Assembly: GCA_030425845.1 (NCBI GenBank)
Contig: JAUHZG010000001.1
Coordinates: forward strand, 1-52,780
Source of the DNA: Gammaproteobacteria bacterium
GTDB taxonomy: Bacteria; Pseudomonadota; Gammaproteobacteria; JAUHZG01
Direction of reading: 5' to 3'
Length of the DNA: 52,780 nt
How positions within the stretch are numbered: the stretch's first letter is position 1; the number at the start of each line of letters is the position of its first letter. Under the pieces are notes generated by a model, which searched no databases, was not told the origin of the DNA, and saw nothing but the letters and a program-made list of their open reading frames with translations. Shown here in pieces: positions 1-9,585 of the stretch. The translations under genes and the position numbers were made by a program.

Positions 1-1
1 C

Positions 2-370
2 GTTGAGCTAGCTGCTGAACAAGCCTATACAGAACATAATGCACAGAAAATTCAACAAATCGTTGAGAAACCACATCCCGATAATGCTCCCTCAACCTTA
101 GGTGTGACAGGTCGCTATATTCTTTCTCATCATATTTTTGAGTATTTAGATCGCACCAAACCTGGAGTAGCAGATGAAATCCAACTCACTGATGCTATCG
201 CTGAGATGTTAAAGGATCAGGCCATCTACGTGAAACCTATCCAAGGAAAACGTTTTGATTGTGGCGATCCCATGGGTTTAATCAAAGCAACATTGCACTT
301 CTCATTGCAAAAGGAGAGTCTTAGGGACGACTTGCTAGCCTTAATGCGAGAATACACCCACGCTACTTGA
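2..370 (+). CDS. galU: UTP--glucose-1-phosphate uridylyltransferase, C-terminal part (5' end outside window)
   Basis: The reading frame is open from the window edge. The translation ...IVEKPHPDNAPSTLGVTGRYIL...EIQLTDAI...GKRFDCGD matches the conserved GalU C-terminal half. The ORF-track start at 104 (GTG) is internal. Confidence 0.8.
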   Translation, partial: VELAAEQAYTEHNAQKIQQIVEKPHPDNAPSTLGVTGRYILSHHIFEYLDRTKPGVADEIQLTDAIAEMLKDQAIYVKPIQGKRFDCGDPMGLIKATLHFSLQKESLRDDLLALMREYTHAT

Positions 371-417
371 ATTTGCGTGATTTATAGCAAATTCAAGTAG
401 CCATGGGTATATTCTCG

Positions 418-1509
418 TTAAGCTAGTTCGTATAAGGCCTCGCATACTTTAGCCAAATCAGATTGCTCTAAATGCTCACCAATTGGCAGGCTTAGTAGTA
501 CTGAATCAAGAGAGAGAGCCTTCAACGAGCTATCGAGTGGGAGATAGTTGTAAGCCTCCAACTTAGGTAGTGCGATAGGGTAGTGCACACCTGTTTGTAT
601 GCCTTTCTCTTTCAAGGCCGCTTGTAGCGCATCACGTTGCTGATGACGGATCACGAATAAATGATATGCATGATAGATATTTTTCTCACTGGCAGGGAGA
701 ACGATTGAATCGCATTCGGCTAGATTTTGATAGTAGAAATCCGCACAGGCATTACGTTTTTCTAACCAACTATCGAGATGACTTAATTTCACGTCTAAGA
801 TTGCTGCTTGCAAAGTATCGAGTCTTGAGTTTCGCCCTTCGAACTCATGATCATATTTCGCCAGACGCCCATGATTAGCAATCATCTTCGCTTTTTTCGC
901 AAGTGACTCATTGTTAGTGATGATAGCCCCACCATCACCATAGGCACCTAAAACTTTCCCTGGATAAAAGCTAAACGTACCGATATCGCCCAGTGCGCCG
1001 ACTCGCTTACCTTCAAACTTTGCACCGTGCGCTTGGGCACAATCTTCAATAATCGATAAACCATGCTTGTCAGCAATCTTGCGAAGACCGGACATGTCAC
1101 AGGGATGCCCGTATAAGTGTACCGCTATCACTGCTTTAGTCTTTGTGTTGATTTTGGTTTCTAGACTGGCGAGTGACAGTGTATAGTTATGCGGATCACA
1201 ATCACAAAAAACCACTCTGTGGCCACTACGAGTCACCGCTTCAGAAGAGGCAATAAAAGAGTTGGCAGGAACAATAATTTCAGACTGAGGAGGCAGATCT
1301 AATGCTTCGATTGCAATCTCTAGCGCATCGGTGCCATTACCAACGCCCACACAATGCTTGGCTTGCTGATAACTTGCGAAGTTTTGTTCGAACTGCTGAA
1401 CAGCTTCACCTCCGATAAAGCTTGCATTTGAGACTATGCGTTGAATCGCTTCATCGATTTCATTTTTAATTGAATGATATTGTGACTGTAAATCTAGAAA
1501 CTTAACCAT
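418..1509 (-). CDS. DegT/DnrJ/EryC1/StrS-family PLP-dependent sugar aminotransferase
   Basis: 363-aa ORF. MVKFLDLQSQY N-terminus, GNGTDAL and SFYPGKVLGAYGDGG (PLP-lysine region) are family hallmarks. AAGGA RBS. 3-nt gap to the upstream oxidoreductase gene. Confidence 0.85.
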   Translation of the reverse strand: MVKFLDLQSQYHSIKNEIDEAIQRIVSNASFIGGEAVQQFEQNFASYQQAKHCVGVGNGTDALEIAIEALDLPPQSEIIVPANSFIASSEAVTRSGHRVVFCDCDPHNYTLSLASLETKINTKTKAVIAVHLYGHPCDMSGLRKIADKHGLSIIEDCAQAHGAKFEGKRVGALGDIGTFSFYPGKVLGAYGDGGAIITNNESLAKKAKMIANHGRLAKYDHEFEGRNSRLDTLQAAILDVKLSHLDSWLEKRNACADFYYQNLAECDSIVLPASEKNIYHAYHLFVIRHQQRDALQAALKEKGIQTGVHYPIALPKLEAYNYLPLDSSLKALSLDSVLLSLPIGEHLEQSDLAKVCEALYELA

Positions 1510-1512
1510 GAT

Positions 1513-2586
1513 TTATCCTTTATTTTCACCCAGCTTACTCGATACTTGTTCAAATGGCAGAGTCACTTCCTCGCCACTAGCGATAGATTCGTAAATCGCG
1601 GCTAGCACTTCTAAACTTTTGCGTCCTTGTGCTCCTTCAATCAGCGCCGGCTTATTTTCGATAAGCGCATCAACAATATGAGTATAATAGGCTTGATGAC
1701 CAAACCCATACACATTTGGTGGGTTTTCGTTATATTTATCGAGGATTTCATTGTCCTGTTCATTCGTTTGCGAAAAATTCCAGTGCAACATTTTGTTAAC
1801 GGCAAACCCACCGATCTCCACACTACCACCCGAACCGAGCAGACTAAGTGATCCCTCTAAATCTTTGGGTCTCACTGCAGTTGTCGCTTCAACCACACCC
1901 AACGCACCATTTTTAAACTTTATCACAGCTACTGCCGTATCTTCTGCCTCAATATCAGCAAGTGCCGTTAAGCCCTTAGCGCTGACACTTTCCACATCCC
2001 CCATCATCCATACCAAGAGATCAATATGATGACTTGCTTGATTTGCCAATACACCTCCGTCGTAACGCCAAGTGCCGCGCCAAGCATCTTGCTCATAGTA
2101 CTCTTCTGTACGACACCATCGCACTCGCACCGTTCCCATAATCAGTTGTCCGAACCGCCCAGCGTCCAGCGCCTCACGCATTTTAACAACAGGCACATTG
2201 AACCGATTTTGTTTGACGATAAACAAACGACAATTATTCGCTTCACATGCCTCTATCATTTCGTTGGATTTTTTTACTGTCAATGCCATTGGTTTTTCAA
2301 CCACGATATGCTTACCGTACTTAGCCAATGCAATGACATGCTCTGCATGATTACCACTTTCAGTTAATACAACAAAGACATCGATTTCTTCACTGTCTGC
2401 CATCAGGTGCATGTCAGTGTAACCAGGTACATTGAATTTTACTTTGAAACTTTCAACGCGCTCACTTTTAGTATCACATACGGCAACCAGCTTCGCGTGT
2501 TCTATTTGTGCCAAACCAAGTAGTTCACAATGCCTTTTGGCAATACGTCCACAACCTACCACCGCAAATCGAATACATTCAGTCAT
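1513..2586 (-). CDS. Gfo/Idh/MocA-family NAD(P)-dependent sugar oxidoreductase
   Basis: Rossmann N-terminus FAVVGCGRIAKRH. The ATG at 2586 is preceded by a GAGGGGGA RBS. I prefer it to the TTG at 2601, which would overlap the ugd stop. Confidence 0.8.
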   Translation of the reverse strand: MTECIRFAVVGCGRIAKRHCELLGLAQIEHAKLVAVCDTKSERVESFKVKFNVPGYTDMHLMADSEEIDVFVVLTESGNHAEHVIALAKYGKHIVVEKPMALTVKKSNEMIEACEANNCRLFIVKQNRFNVPVVKMREALDAGRFGQLIMGTVRVRWCRTEEYYEQDAWRGTWRYDGGVLANQASHHIDLLVWMMGDVESVSAKGLTALADIEAEDTAVAVIKFKNGALGVVEATTAVRPKDLEGSLSLLGSGGSVEIGGFAVNKMLHWNFSQTNEQDNEILDKYNENPPNVYGFGHQAYYTHIVDALIENKPALIEGAQGRKSLEVLAAIYESIASGEEVTLPFEQVSSKLGENKG

Positions 2587-2597
2587 ACTCTTCCCCC

Positions 2598-3923
2598 TCA
2601 AGCACGTCGACCAATGGAGTAATAGCTTATTCCTTTTGATTGTAAAAAAACGGGATCATACATATTACGTCCATCAACAATAATCGGTTGATTTAACTTA
2701 TCCCTGATGGCATCAAAGTCGGGAGAGCGAAAGCAGTTCCACTCCGTCACAATTGAGAGGGCATCAGCATTCTCAAGTGCTTCGTAAGGTGACTCACAAC
2801 AAACATAATCATCTCGATCGCCATAAATTTTTCTAAAATTGGACATCCCCTCAGGATCATAAATGCGAACGCTCGCGCCTTTATCCCACAATGTTTCTAT
2901 CAAAGATAAAGAGGGTGCTTCTCTAAGATCATCGGTCTTAGGTTTAAACGTTACCCCCCAAATGGCAATTGTCTTTCCCCTCAAGTCATTGTCAAAGATT
3001 GTATCCAACTTATCTGCTAACACCGTTTTTTGTCTTGTATTGACAATATCCACTGAGCTGATGATTGGAGTATCGTACTCATACTCCTTTGCTAAGGCGG
3101 CTAATGCTTTGACATCTTTAGGGAAACAAGAACCGCCATAACCACAACCCGGATAGATGAAGGAGTAACCTATGCGATTATCCGACCCTATTCCTCTGCG
3201 TACATTTTCAATGTCCGCCCCCACGCGCTCAGCTATTTGACTCATCTCATTCATGAATGAAATCTTAGTCGCTAGCATTGCATTAGCAGCGTACTTTGTC
3301 AGCTCTGCTGATCGTGGATCCATCATCATTATTTTTTCATGGTTGCGAGTAAACGGCTCATAGAGATGACGAAGCGTCATTTCGGTTGAATCTTTGTTCA
3401 CACCCAAGACTATTCTATCTGGCTTCATGCAATCCGCAATTGCCGCACCTTCTTTCAAAAACTCAGGGTTAGAGGCAACATCAAACCCTAGCTTTGCACC
3501 TCTTTCCATTAATACGCGCTCTACCGTTTCAATGATTTCATCGACGGTCCCAACCGGGGAGGTTGACTTATTCACGATAACTTTAGGAGCCTGCATTAAT
3601 ACAGCAATCGTCTCTGCCACATCAAATACTGCAGACAGATCAGCACTGCCATCTTCACGCGGCGGGGTGCCAACGGCAATAAAAATCACCTCACTCGCCT
3701 CAACTAGCGCCTCTGCTGACGTGGTAAAAGAAAGCCGCCCAGCTGCTAGATTTTTTTTGAGTAATCGCCTTAACCCAGGTTCGAAAATAGGGACTTGTGC
3801 CTGATTTAATTCGTTTATTCTCGCTTCATCGATATCTGCGCAGATCACATGATGTCCCACAGCAGCAAAACATGCACCAGTTACCAACCCAACATATCCC
3901 GTACCAAAGATCCCTACTTTCAT
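2598..3923 (-). CDS. ugd: UDP-glucose/GDP-mannose dehydrogenase family enzyme (UDP-glucose 6-dehydrogenase-like)
   Basis: MKVGIFGTGYVGL NAD-binding N-terminus and GYGGSCFPKD catalytic-Cys motif. Start at 3923 (MKVGIF) preferred. The in-frame ATG at 3935 is possible. Confidence 0.8.
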   Translation of the reverse strand: MKVGIFGTGYVGLVTGACFAAVGHHVICADIDEARINELNQAQVPIFEPGLRRLLKKNLAAGRLSFTTSAEALVEASEVIFIAVGTPPREDGSADLSAVFDVAETIAVLMQAPKVIVNKSTSPVGTVDEIIETVERVLMERGAKLGFDVASNPEFLKEGAAIADCMKPDRIVLGVNKDSTEMTLRHLYEPFTRNHEKIMMMDPRSAELTKYAANAMLATKISFMNEMSQIAERVGADIENVRRGIGSDNRIGYSFIYPGCGYGGSCFPKDVKALAALAKEYEYDTPIISSVDIVNTRQKTVLADKLDTIFDNDLRGKTIAIWGVTFKPKTDDLREAPSLSLIETLWDKGASVRIYDPEGMSNFRKIYGDRDDYVCCESPYEALENADALSIVTEWNCFRSPDFDAIRDKLNQPIIVDGRNMYDPVFLQSKGISYYSIGRRA

Positions 3924-4126
3924 AGCGCCATCCATCTCATCTGGTTTTTTCTTTCCTTATCTATAAGATTAGTCCATTTTGAGAAAGCTGCCGGAATGCT
4001 GACTTTGCCTTAATCAGCTTGCTAAGGAATTGACTTAATGTATCGCACAAGATGACACGACTCATCGCATCTTGGCTTAGATTCGACAAATCGAATTATC
4101 AGTAAGTTATGATTATTTTCCAGAAA

Positions 4127-4181
4127 TTTGTACAGTGTAATGGTCAATTTTCATGGTTTTTTGTACATTACACTGTACAAA
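4127..4181. repeat. Perfect 16-bp inverted repeat (TTTGTACAGTGTAATG / CATTACACTGTACAAA) with 23-nt spacer; stem-loop or operator
   Basis: Arms at 4127-4142 and 4166-4181 are exact reverse complements. It lies 42 nt after the recG stop and about 190 nt upstream of ugd. No clean U-tract follows on the minus strand. Confidence 0.6.
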
Positions 4182-4222
4182 TAGCTTGATGCTATCTAGA
4201 CAACACAATACGGTTCTAACAC

Positions 4223-6232
4223 TTAGGCCGCCGTCTGTTCTTTAACCAACTCCAGTAGATCTTGATCGCGTACCAAATCGGCAAATTGGAACACAGCCCA
4301 ACCCGCTTGGCGCCGACCTAGAAACTCACCCGGACCACGTAGTTTCAGATCTTTCTCCGCTATCACAAAGCCATCTTGCGAGGCGCGTAAGGTTTCAAGA
4401 CGCTCTTTTGCGTACGCCTTCATCGGCGGTTGATACATCAAGACACAAAAGCTTTGCTTATCGCCACGCCCCACACGTCCGCGCAACTGATGTAGTTGAG
4501 CAAGCCCCATGCGTTCAGCATTTTCGATGATCATTAACGTTGCATTGGGAACATTAACACCGACTTCGATCACCGTCGTTGCCACCAGCACTTGTAACTC
4601 ACCACTCGCAAAACGTTGCATAACGGCGTCTTTTTCTTCATTACTAAGACGCCCATGCACAAGTCCCACCTTATAAGCAGGCAGATCTTTCTTGAGCTCA
4701 TCAAAACGCGCCGTCGCCGCTTCGGCGGCCAACTGATCTGACTCTTCGATAAGAGGGCATACCCAATAGACTTGTCGCCCGCTATCACACAATGACTTAA
4801 CGCGCTCGACCACCTCCGCCCGTTTTAATGCTGGGATCACCACTGTCTTAATCGCTTGTCTACCCGGAGGTAATTCATCAATCGCACTGTGATCGTAATC
4901 CGCATATAAAGACAAAGCTAACGATCGCGGGATCGGCGTCGCTGTCATCATTAGCAAATGCGGGATTTCATTGTGAGATTTTTTTAATAGGGCATTACGT
5001 TGAGCTACGCCAAACTTATGCTGTTCGTCGATGATTGCTAACCCTAATCGCGCAAAGTTCACTGATTTTTGAAATAAAGCATGGGTACCAATCACTAAGT
5101 CTACTTCGGCATTGCCTATCTTATCCAGTAATTGATGTTTGTCCGCCAGTTTCATTTTACCTTTGAGCAGGGCCGTGCGCACACCCGTGTCTTTCAATAA
5201 TTCGAAAGCACTTTGATAGTGCTGCTCAGCTAAGATTTCTGTCGGTACCATCATTGCGACTTGATAGCCACTAGCAATACAACTCAATGCACAGAGTAAG
5301 GCGACGACTGTTTTTCCCGCCCCCACATCACCTTGCACCAAGCGAAGCATCGGCTGAGTTGCATTCAAATCATGGTTGATTTCATCAAGCACACGGGCTT
5401 GCGCCCCTGTAAGTGCAAAAGGCAGTGCCGACATCACTTGGTTAACTAACTCACTCTCTGGCGTTATACGAGGCGAACACAGCTCTTGTGACTTGGCTTT
5501 CATCGCATGCATTTGTTCACGAAACGCTAACAGCTCTGCAAGCGCGAAACGTCTATAGGCAGGATGCGTACGCTTGCGTAGCATAGTTTGATCGGCATCG
5601 GCAGGCGGGTGATGAATAAATGCCAAAGCCTCATTAATACCTGGCCAACCTTTTACTTGCAAAAGTTCGGGAGGCAATGTCTCTTGCCAGGGGCTTTGCT
5701 TTAATAAGGCTAATGCTTGCGCCATGCACTTACGCCACGTTTTTTGATTCAACCCCGCCGTCGTTGGGTATATCGGCGTTAGGGTCGCATCTAGCGGAAG
5801 CGACTCATCAGGTGCGAGTAGTTCGTAATCCGGATGTACTAACTCTACTCCCCCTTGTCGTATTTGGATTTCACCGACTAATTTAAGTCGTTGCCCTACC
5901 GCGAGTTTTGTTTGATGTGACTGGCTATAATAAAAAAAACGGCAAGTACACTCGCCTGACTCATCCGCCACCACGCAAGACCAGCTTTGTTTTTTACGAT
6001 TCCCGGATAACTTTCCGTGGCGTTTCACCACCACATCCAGCACAGCGTATTCGCCATTTTTAAGGGCATTTATCTCTCGTGTGCGTGTTCTATCTTCATA
6101 GCGGGAAGGAAAGTGCGTCAATAAATCTGTTAGCGTCATTACCCCACACCGCGTGAGACTAGCCGCGACTTTGGGCCCAACACCCGTCAGACGTGTACAT
6201 TCGTCATGCCAGTGAGGGGCTTCACTACTCAT
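4223..6232 (-). CDS. recG: ATP-dependent DNA helicase RecG
   Basis: 669 aa. Walker A GDVGAGKT, DEQH box and helicase C-terminal motifs (QLHQLRGRVGRG). ATGA start/stop overlap with ridA. Confidence 0.9.
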   Translation of the reverse strand: MSSEAPHWHDECTRLTGVGPKVAASLTRCGVMTLTDLLTHFPSRYEDRTRTREINALKNGEYAVLDVVVKRHGKLSGNRKKQSWSCVVADESGECTCRFFYYSQSHQTKLAVGQRLKLVGEIQIRQGGVELVHPDYELLAPDESLPLDATLTPIYPTTAGLNQKTWRKCMAQALALLKQSPWQETLPPELLQVKGWPGINEALAFIHHPPADADQTMLRKRTHPAYRRFALAELLAFREQMHAMKAKSQELCSPRITPESELVNQVMSALPFALTGAQARVLDEINHDLNATQPMLRLVQGDVGAGKTVVALLCALSCIASGYQVAMMVPTEILAEQHYQSAFELLKDTGVRTALLKGKMKLADKHQLLDKIGNAEVDLVIGTHALFQKSVNFARLGLAIIDEQHKFGVAQRNALLKKSHNEIPHLLMMTATPIPRSLALSLYADYDHSAIDELPPGRQAIKTVVIPALKRAEVVERVKSLCDSGRQVYWVCPLIEESDQLAAEAATARFDELKKDLPAYKVGLVHGRLSNEEKDAVMQRFASGELQVLVATTVIEVGVNVPNATLMIIENAERMGLAQLHQLRGRVGRGDKQSFCVLMYQPPMKAYAKERLETLRASQDGFVIAEKDLKLRGPGEFLGRRQAGWAVFQFADLVRDQDLLELVKEQTAA

Positions 6233-6609
6233 GCTGACACTATCGCATCCATTTCGATTTGCGCATCTTTCGGCAATCGTGATACTTGTACCACCGCACG
6301 AGCAGGATAGGGCGCATCAAAAAATGTTTGCATCACTTCATTCACCAAAGCAAATTTTTCCAGATCAGTCACGAAGATGGTTAGCTTCACCACATCACTT
6401 AAACAAAAATCAGCCGCTTCGATCACTTGTTGTAGATTACTAAACGCTTGACGTGCTTGCTGAGTAAAGTCGTTCGACACCATCTCACCTGTTTCTGGTA
6501 CCAATGGGATCTGTCCCGACACATACAACACACCAGAGACTTTCACTGCTTGGGAATAACTGCCAATCGCTGCAGGTGCATTCTCAGTTGAAATGATTTG
6601 TTTTGACAT
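6229..6609 (-). CDS. ridA: RidA/YjgF/UK114-family reactive-intermediate deaminase
   Basis: 126 aa. APAAIGSYSQAV...SGQIPL...VKLTIFV pattern typical of the family. Confidence 0.85.
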   Translation of the reverse strand: MSKQIISTENAPAAIGSYSQAVKVSGVLYVSGQIPLVPETGEMVSNDFTQQARQAFSNLQQVIEAADFCLSDVVKLTIFVTDLEKFALVNEVMQTFFDAPYPARAVVQVSRLPKDAQIEMDAIVSA

Positions 6610-6651
6610 GACTCTACTCGCTTGTAAGGTTAAATGATAAAAACTGTTAGT

Positions 6652-8799
6652 TTAAATAATATCTTCAGGGTTAAATTTACCCTTGTTTCGTATGATGCGC
6701 TCGACTTCATTCAAACGTCGCAAACGTTTCATCACTTGCGCCAAGTGTAATCGCCCATGTACTGACAGGTCCATACTGATGATATTGTAAGTTCCGTCAT
6801 GTTCATCGACACTGACATTATCAATGTTGGCATCAGATTCGGAGATAGCGAGTGCAATAGCGGCAAATACCCCTCGCTTGTTCTGTACAAGGATACGCAC
6901 ATCCACTCTAAAGCTACCTTCGACATCATCATCCCAACGCAGCTCAACGCAGCGTTGATTGTCCTGTCGAATAGCGGCTATCTGTTCACAATCGTCGGTG
7001 TGAATGGAGATCCCTCGTCCCACTTCAATAACTCCTAAAATAGGATCACCTGGAATAGGGTGGCAACACTCAGCAAAGGTCACCATCATACCCTCACTAC
7101 CCATGATGGAGAGCGGCTCTTCAGAATCTTGTTTGACGGCAGGCGAGACTTCTTCTTCAAGACTTGCAAACACTTGTGCGGCAACCAGTGGCGCCATCTT
7201 TTTGCCTAAACCTATCAGTTCATACAGCTCATCAATAGTCGCTAAACTGTGCTGTACTAACAGCTCATCAATCACTTCATCCGCCAGTTTTTCAATCGCG
7301 ACATTCTTCGTTGCTAGTGCCCGATCAAGTAAACGCTTTCCAAATGCAATCGTCTCGGAGTGACGTTGGCTCTTGAGGAAGTGTTTGATACTACCGCGTG
7401 CCTTGCCTGTCACAACGAAGTTAAGCCAAGCGGGGTTAGGTCTCGCACCAGGGGCCGTGATGATCTCAACCCGTTGACCATTGACAAGTTGTGAACTCAG
7501 TGGCGCTAAGCGTTTATCAATTTTGACCGCGACACAATGATTACCAATATCTGAGTGAACCGCATAGGCAAAGTCCACGGGCGTTGCCCCTTTAGGCAGT
7601 TCCATGATGTGACCTTTGGGCGTGAAAATATACACTTCATCAGGGAACAGATCGATCTTCACATTCTCAATAAATTCGATAGGATCGCCCGCCTGCTTTT
7701 GAATTTCGAGTAACCCTTTAAGCCAGGTTTGCGCGCGTACCTGAGCATCGGTTACGGCAGAACTCTCGGACTTATAGAGCCAGTGGGCCGCAATACCGAC
7801 GTTAGCCAAGTTATTCATCTCTTTGGTGCGAATTTGGATTTCAATCGGCACTCCGTTAGGACCAAATAAAGTCGTATGAAGCGCCTGATAACCATTCGCT
7901 TTGGGGATAGCAATATAATCTTTGAAACGTTCTGGAACCGGTTTGTAAAGGTTATGAATAACACCCAACGCACGATAACAGCTATCGCGCTCATCCACGA
8001 TGATCCTAAACGCAAACACATCCATGATTTCAGAGAAAGGTAAATGCTTACGCTTCATCTTACGATAAATACTGTAAAGATGTTTCTCTCGCCCCCACAC
8101 TGCATCGGCTGGCATTTGTGCATCTTGCAGCTCTTTCTTCAGCGCCTTCTCAATATCAGAGACCATTTCTTTACGGTTACCGCGCGCAATGCGCACAGCT
8201 TTTTTGATGACTTTGTAGCGCCTGGGATACATGGCAGCAAACCCCAGCTCTTCGAACTCAACACGAAAATTATGCATACCCAATCGATTAGCAATCGGCG
8301 CATAAATGCCTAATGTTTCTTTCGCGATACGACGACGTTTGTCGGGTTTACACGCGGAAAGCGTACGCATATTGTGTAGCCTGTCAGCCAGTTTCACTAA
8401 AATTACGCGAATATCTTTGGCCATCGCCAAAACCATTTTGCGGAAATTCTCAGCTTGTGCTTCTTCACGCGTTTCAAATTGGATCTGTGTCAGCTTACTC
8501 ACGCCATCGACAATGTCTGCCACTTCCGCACCAAACTTTTCTTCTAGAACGGATTTCTCGACAAAAGTATCTTCGATTACATCATGCAACAATGCCGAAC
8601 ATAAGCTCGACGTGTCTAATCGCATTTTTGCCAAAATCAGAGCAACGGCAACAGGGTGGGTAATATAGGCTTCGCCGCTGTGGCGCTTTTGTCCCTTATG
8701 GGCGGACGCGGCGACTTCGTAGGCCTCGGCAACTTTATCGATTTGTTGCCGAGGTAAGTAGGTTGAAAGCTCTCGCTGTAATTCCTTAAACAAAGACAA
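6652..8799 (-). CDS. spoT: Bifunctional (p)ppGpp synthetase/hydrolase SpoT
   Basis: 715-aa RelA/SpoT homologue with an intact HD hydrolase motif (LLHDVIEDT), synthetase, TGS and ACT-like regions. It sits directly downstream of rpoZ. Confidence 0.85.
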   Translation of the reverse strand: MSLFKELQRELSTYLPRQQIDKVAEAYEVAASAHKGQKRHSGEAYITHPVAVALILAKMRLDTSSLCSALLHDVIEDTFVEKSVLEEKFGAEVADIVDGVSKLTQIQFETREEAQAENFRKMVLAMAKDIRVILVKLADRLHNMRTLSACKPDKRRRIAKETLGIYAPIANRLGMHNFRVEFEELGFAAMYPRRYKVIKKAVRIARGNRKEMVSDIEKALKKELQDAQMPADAVWGREKHLYSIYRKMKRKHLPFSEIMDVFAFRIIVDERDSCYRALGVIHNLYKPVPERFKDYIAIPKANGYQALHTTLFGPNGVPIEIQIRTKEMNNLANVGIAAHWLYKSESSAVTDAQVRAQTWLKGLLEIQKQAGDPIEFIENVKIDLFPDEVYIFTPKGHIMELPKGATPVDFAYAVHSDIGNHCVAVKIDKRLAPLSSQLVNGQRVEIITAPGARPNPAWLNFVVTGKARGSIKHFLKSQRHSETIAFGKRLLDRALATKNVAIEKLADEVIDELLVQHSLATIDELYELIGLGKKMAPLVAAQVFASLEEEVSPAVKQDSEEPLSIMGSEGMMVTFAECCHPIPGDPILGVIEVGRGISIHTDDCEQIAAIRQDNQRCVELRWDDDVEGSFRVDVRILVQNKRGVFAAIALAISESDANIDNVSVDEHDGTYNIISMDLSVHGRLHLAQVMKRLRRLNEVERIIRNKGKFNPEDII

Positions 8800-8805
8800 G
8801 ATAGC

Positions 8806-9333
8806 TTATTCCGCGTTAGGTTCTCCGTTAGAGGCAGCAGCATCACCACTTCCACTGCCCGCATCATCAGACTGAGGCTTTGCTGTCGATAGTGTAGTTT
8901 GAGAGGCACTCACTGGAATATCGGTAGTGAATGTCGCTGGACGATTGGTCGCGGTGCTTTGGAAAATCGGTGCATTACCCTGGCTTTCTCTACGACCATA
9001 CTCAAGACCTGAGGTCGGTTGTAACACAGGGGCTGTACTCAATGTAGTCGTACCGTGATCACGACCACCATGTACTTCGTGACCAAATACCGCAGGACCA
9101 AACTCATGCACTTGCTCATGCTCTCGTTCATGCGTTTCTTCAAACACGGAGTCATCAATTAGATCAGAGGCGATTTCACGTAATGCGATCACTGTATTCT
9201 TGTCACCATCGACAGAAAGCAACGGCTCAGCGTGGGTCATTGATAATTGGCGTGCACGCTTAGTGGCGAGCAATACAAGTTTGAAACGGTTATCCACATT
9301 TTCAAGACAATCTTCCACCGTAATACGGGCCAT
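8806..9333 (-). CDS. rpoZ: RNA polymerase omega subunit with long low-complexity C-terminal tail
   Basis: N-terminal [30 protein letters not shown] is canonical omega. The ORF continues to 175 aa with a Thr/Ser/Gly/Ala-rich tail. Confidence 0.85.
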   Translation of the reverse strand: MARITVEDCLENVDNRFKLVLLATKRARQLSMTHAEPLLSVDGDKNTVIALREIASDLIDDSVFEETHEREHEQVHEFGPAVFGHEVHGGRDHGTTTLSTAPVLQPTSGLEYGRRESQGNAPIFQSTATNRPATFTTDIPVSASQTTLSTAKPQSDDAGSGSGDAAASNGEPNAE

Positions 9334-9492
9334 AGCAGTAGTCTCCTAAGTAAAACTAAAATCTATCGACAGTGACTAAAGGCGTTAGAAACTGTCCAAA
9401 ATGCGGGCAGAATTTGCGCCGCGGCTTAATCGTGCAAGTGTACCTGTTAGCTGATCAAAAAAAAAGCCTTTGCGGGTAGATTTAGGCTAACC

Positions 9493-9525
9493 GTAGGAGG
9501 GGGATTAGCGCACAGTGCGTGATCC
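9493..9525 (+). repeat. Short dispersed intergenic repeat, copy A (REP-like)
   Basis: GTAGGAGGGGGATTAGCGCACAGTGCGTGATCC. Its reverse complement matches 28913-28943 with 2 substitutions and a 2-nt indel. It contains an internal palindrome CGCAC-A-GTGCG flanked by GGAT/ATCC. Confidence 0.6.
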
Positions 9526-9585
9526 ACCATGAGATGGTTACGGCCAGCGTCCTAACCTACTCCCTAGGGGTAGTTCAACAGACAA

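Noticed and set aside
104-370. ORF-track start (GTG at 104) for the first + strand gene
   Set aside because: The frame stays open to position 2, and the upstream residues (…IVEKPHPDNAPSTLG) are conserved GalU sequence. The gene is truncated by the window edge, so this is not an 88-aa ORF.
8044-8909. Several 89-120-aa ORFs inside or antisense to spoT and rpoZ
   Set aside because: All lie within the conserved SpoT/omega coding sequences in other frames, with no independent support.
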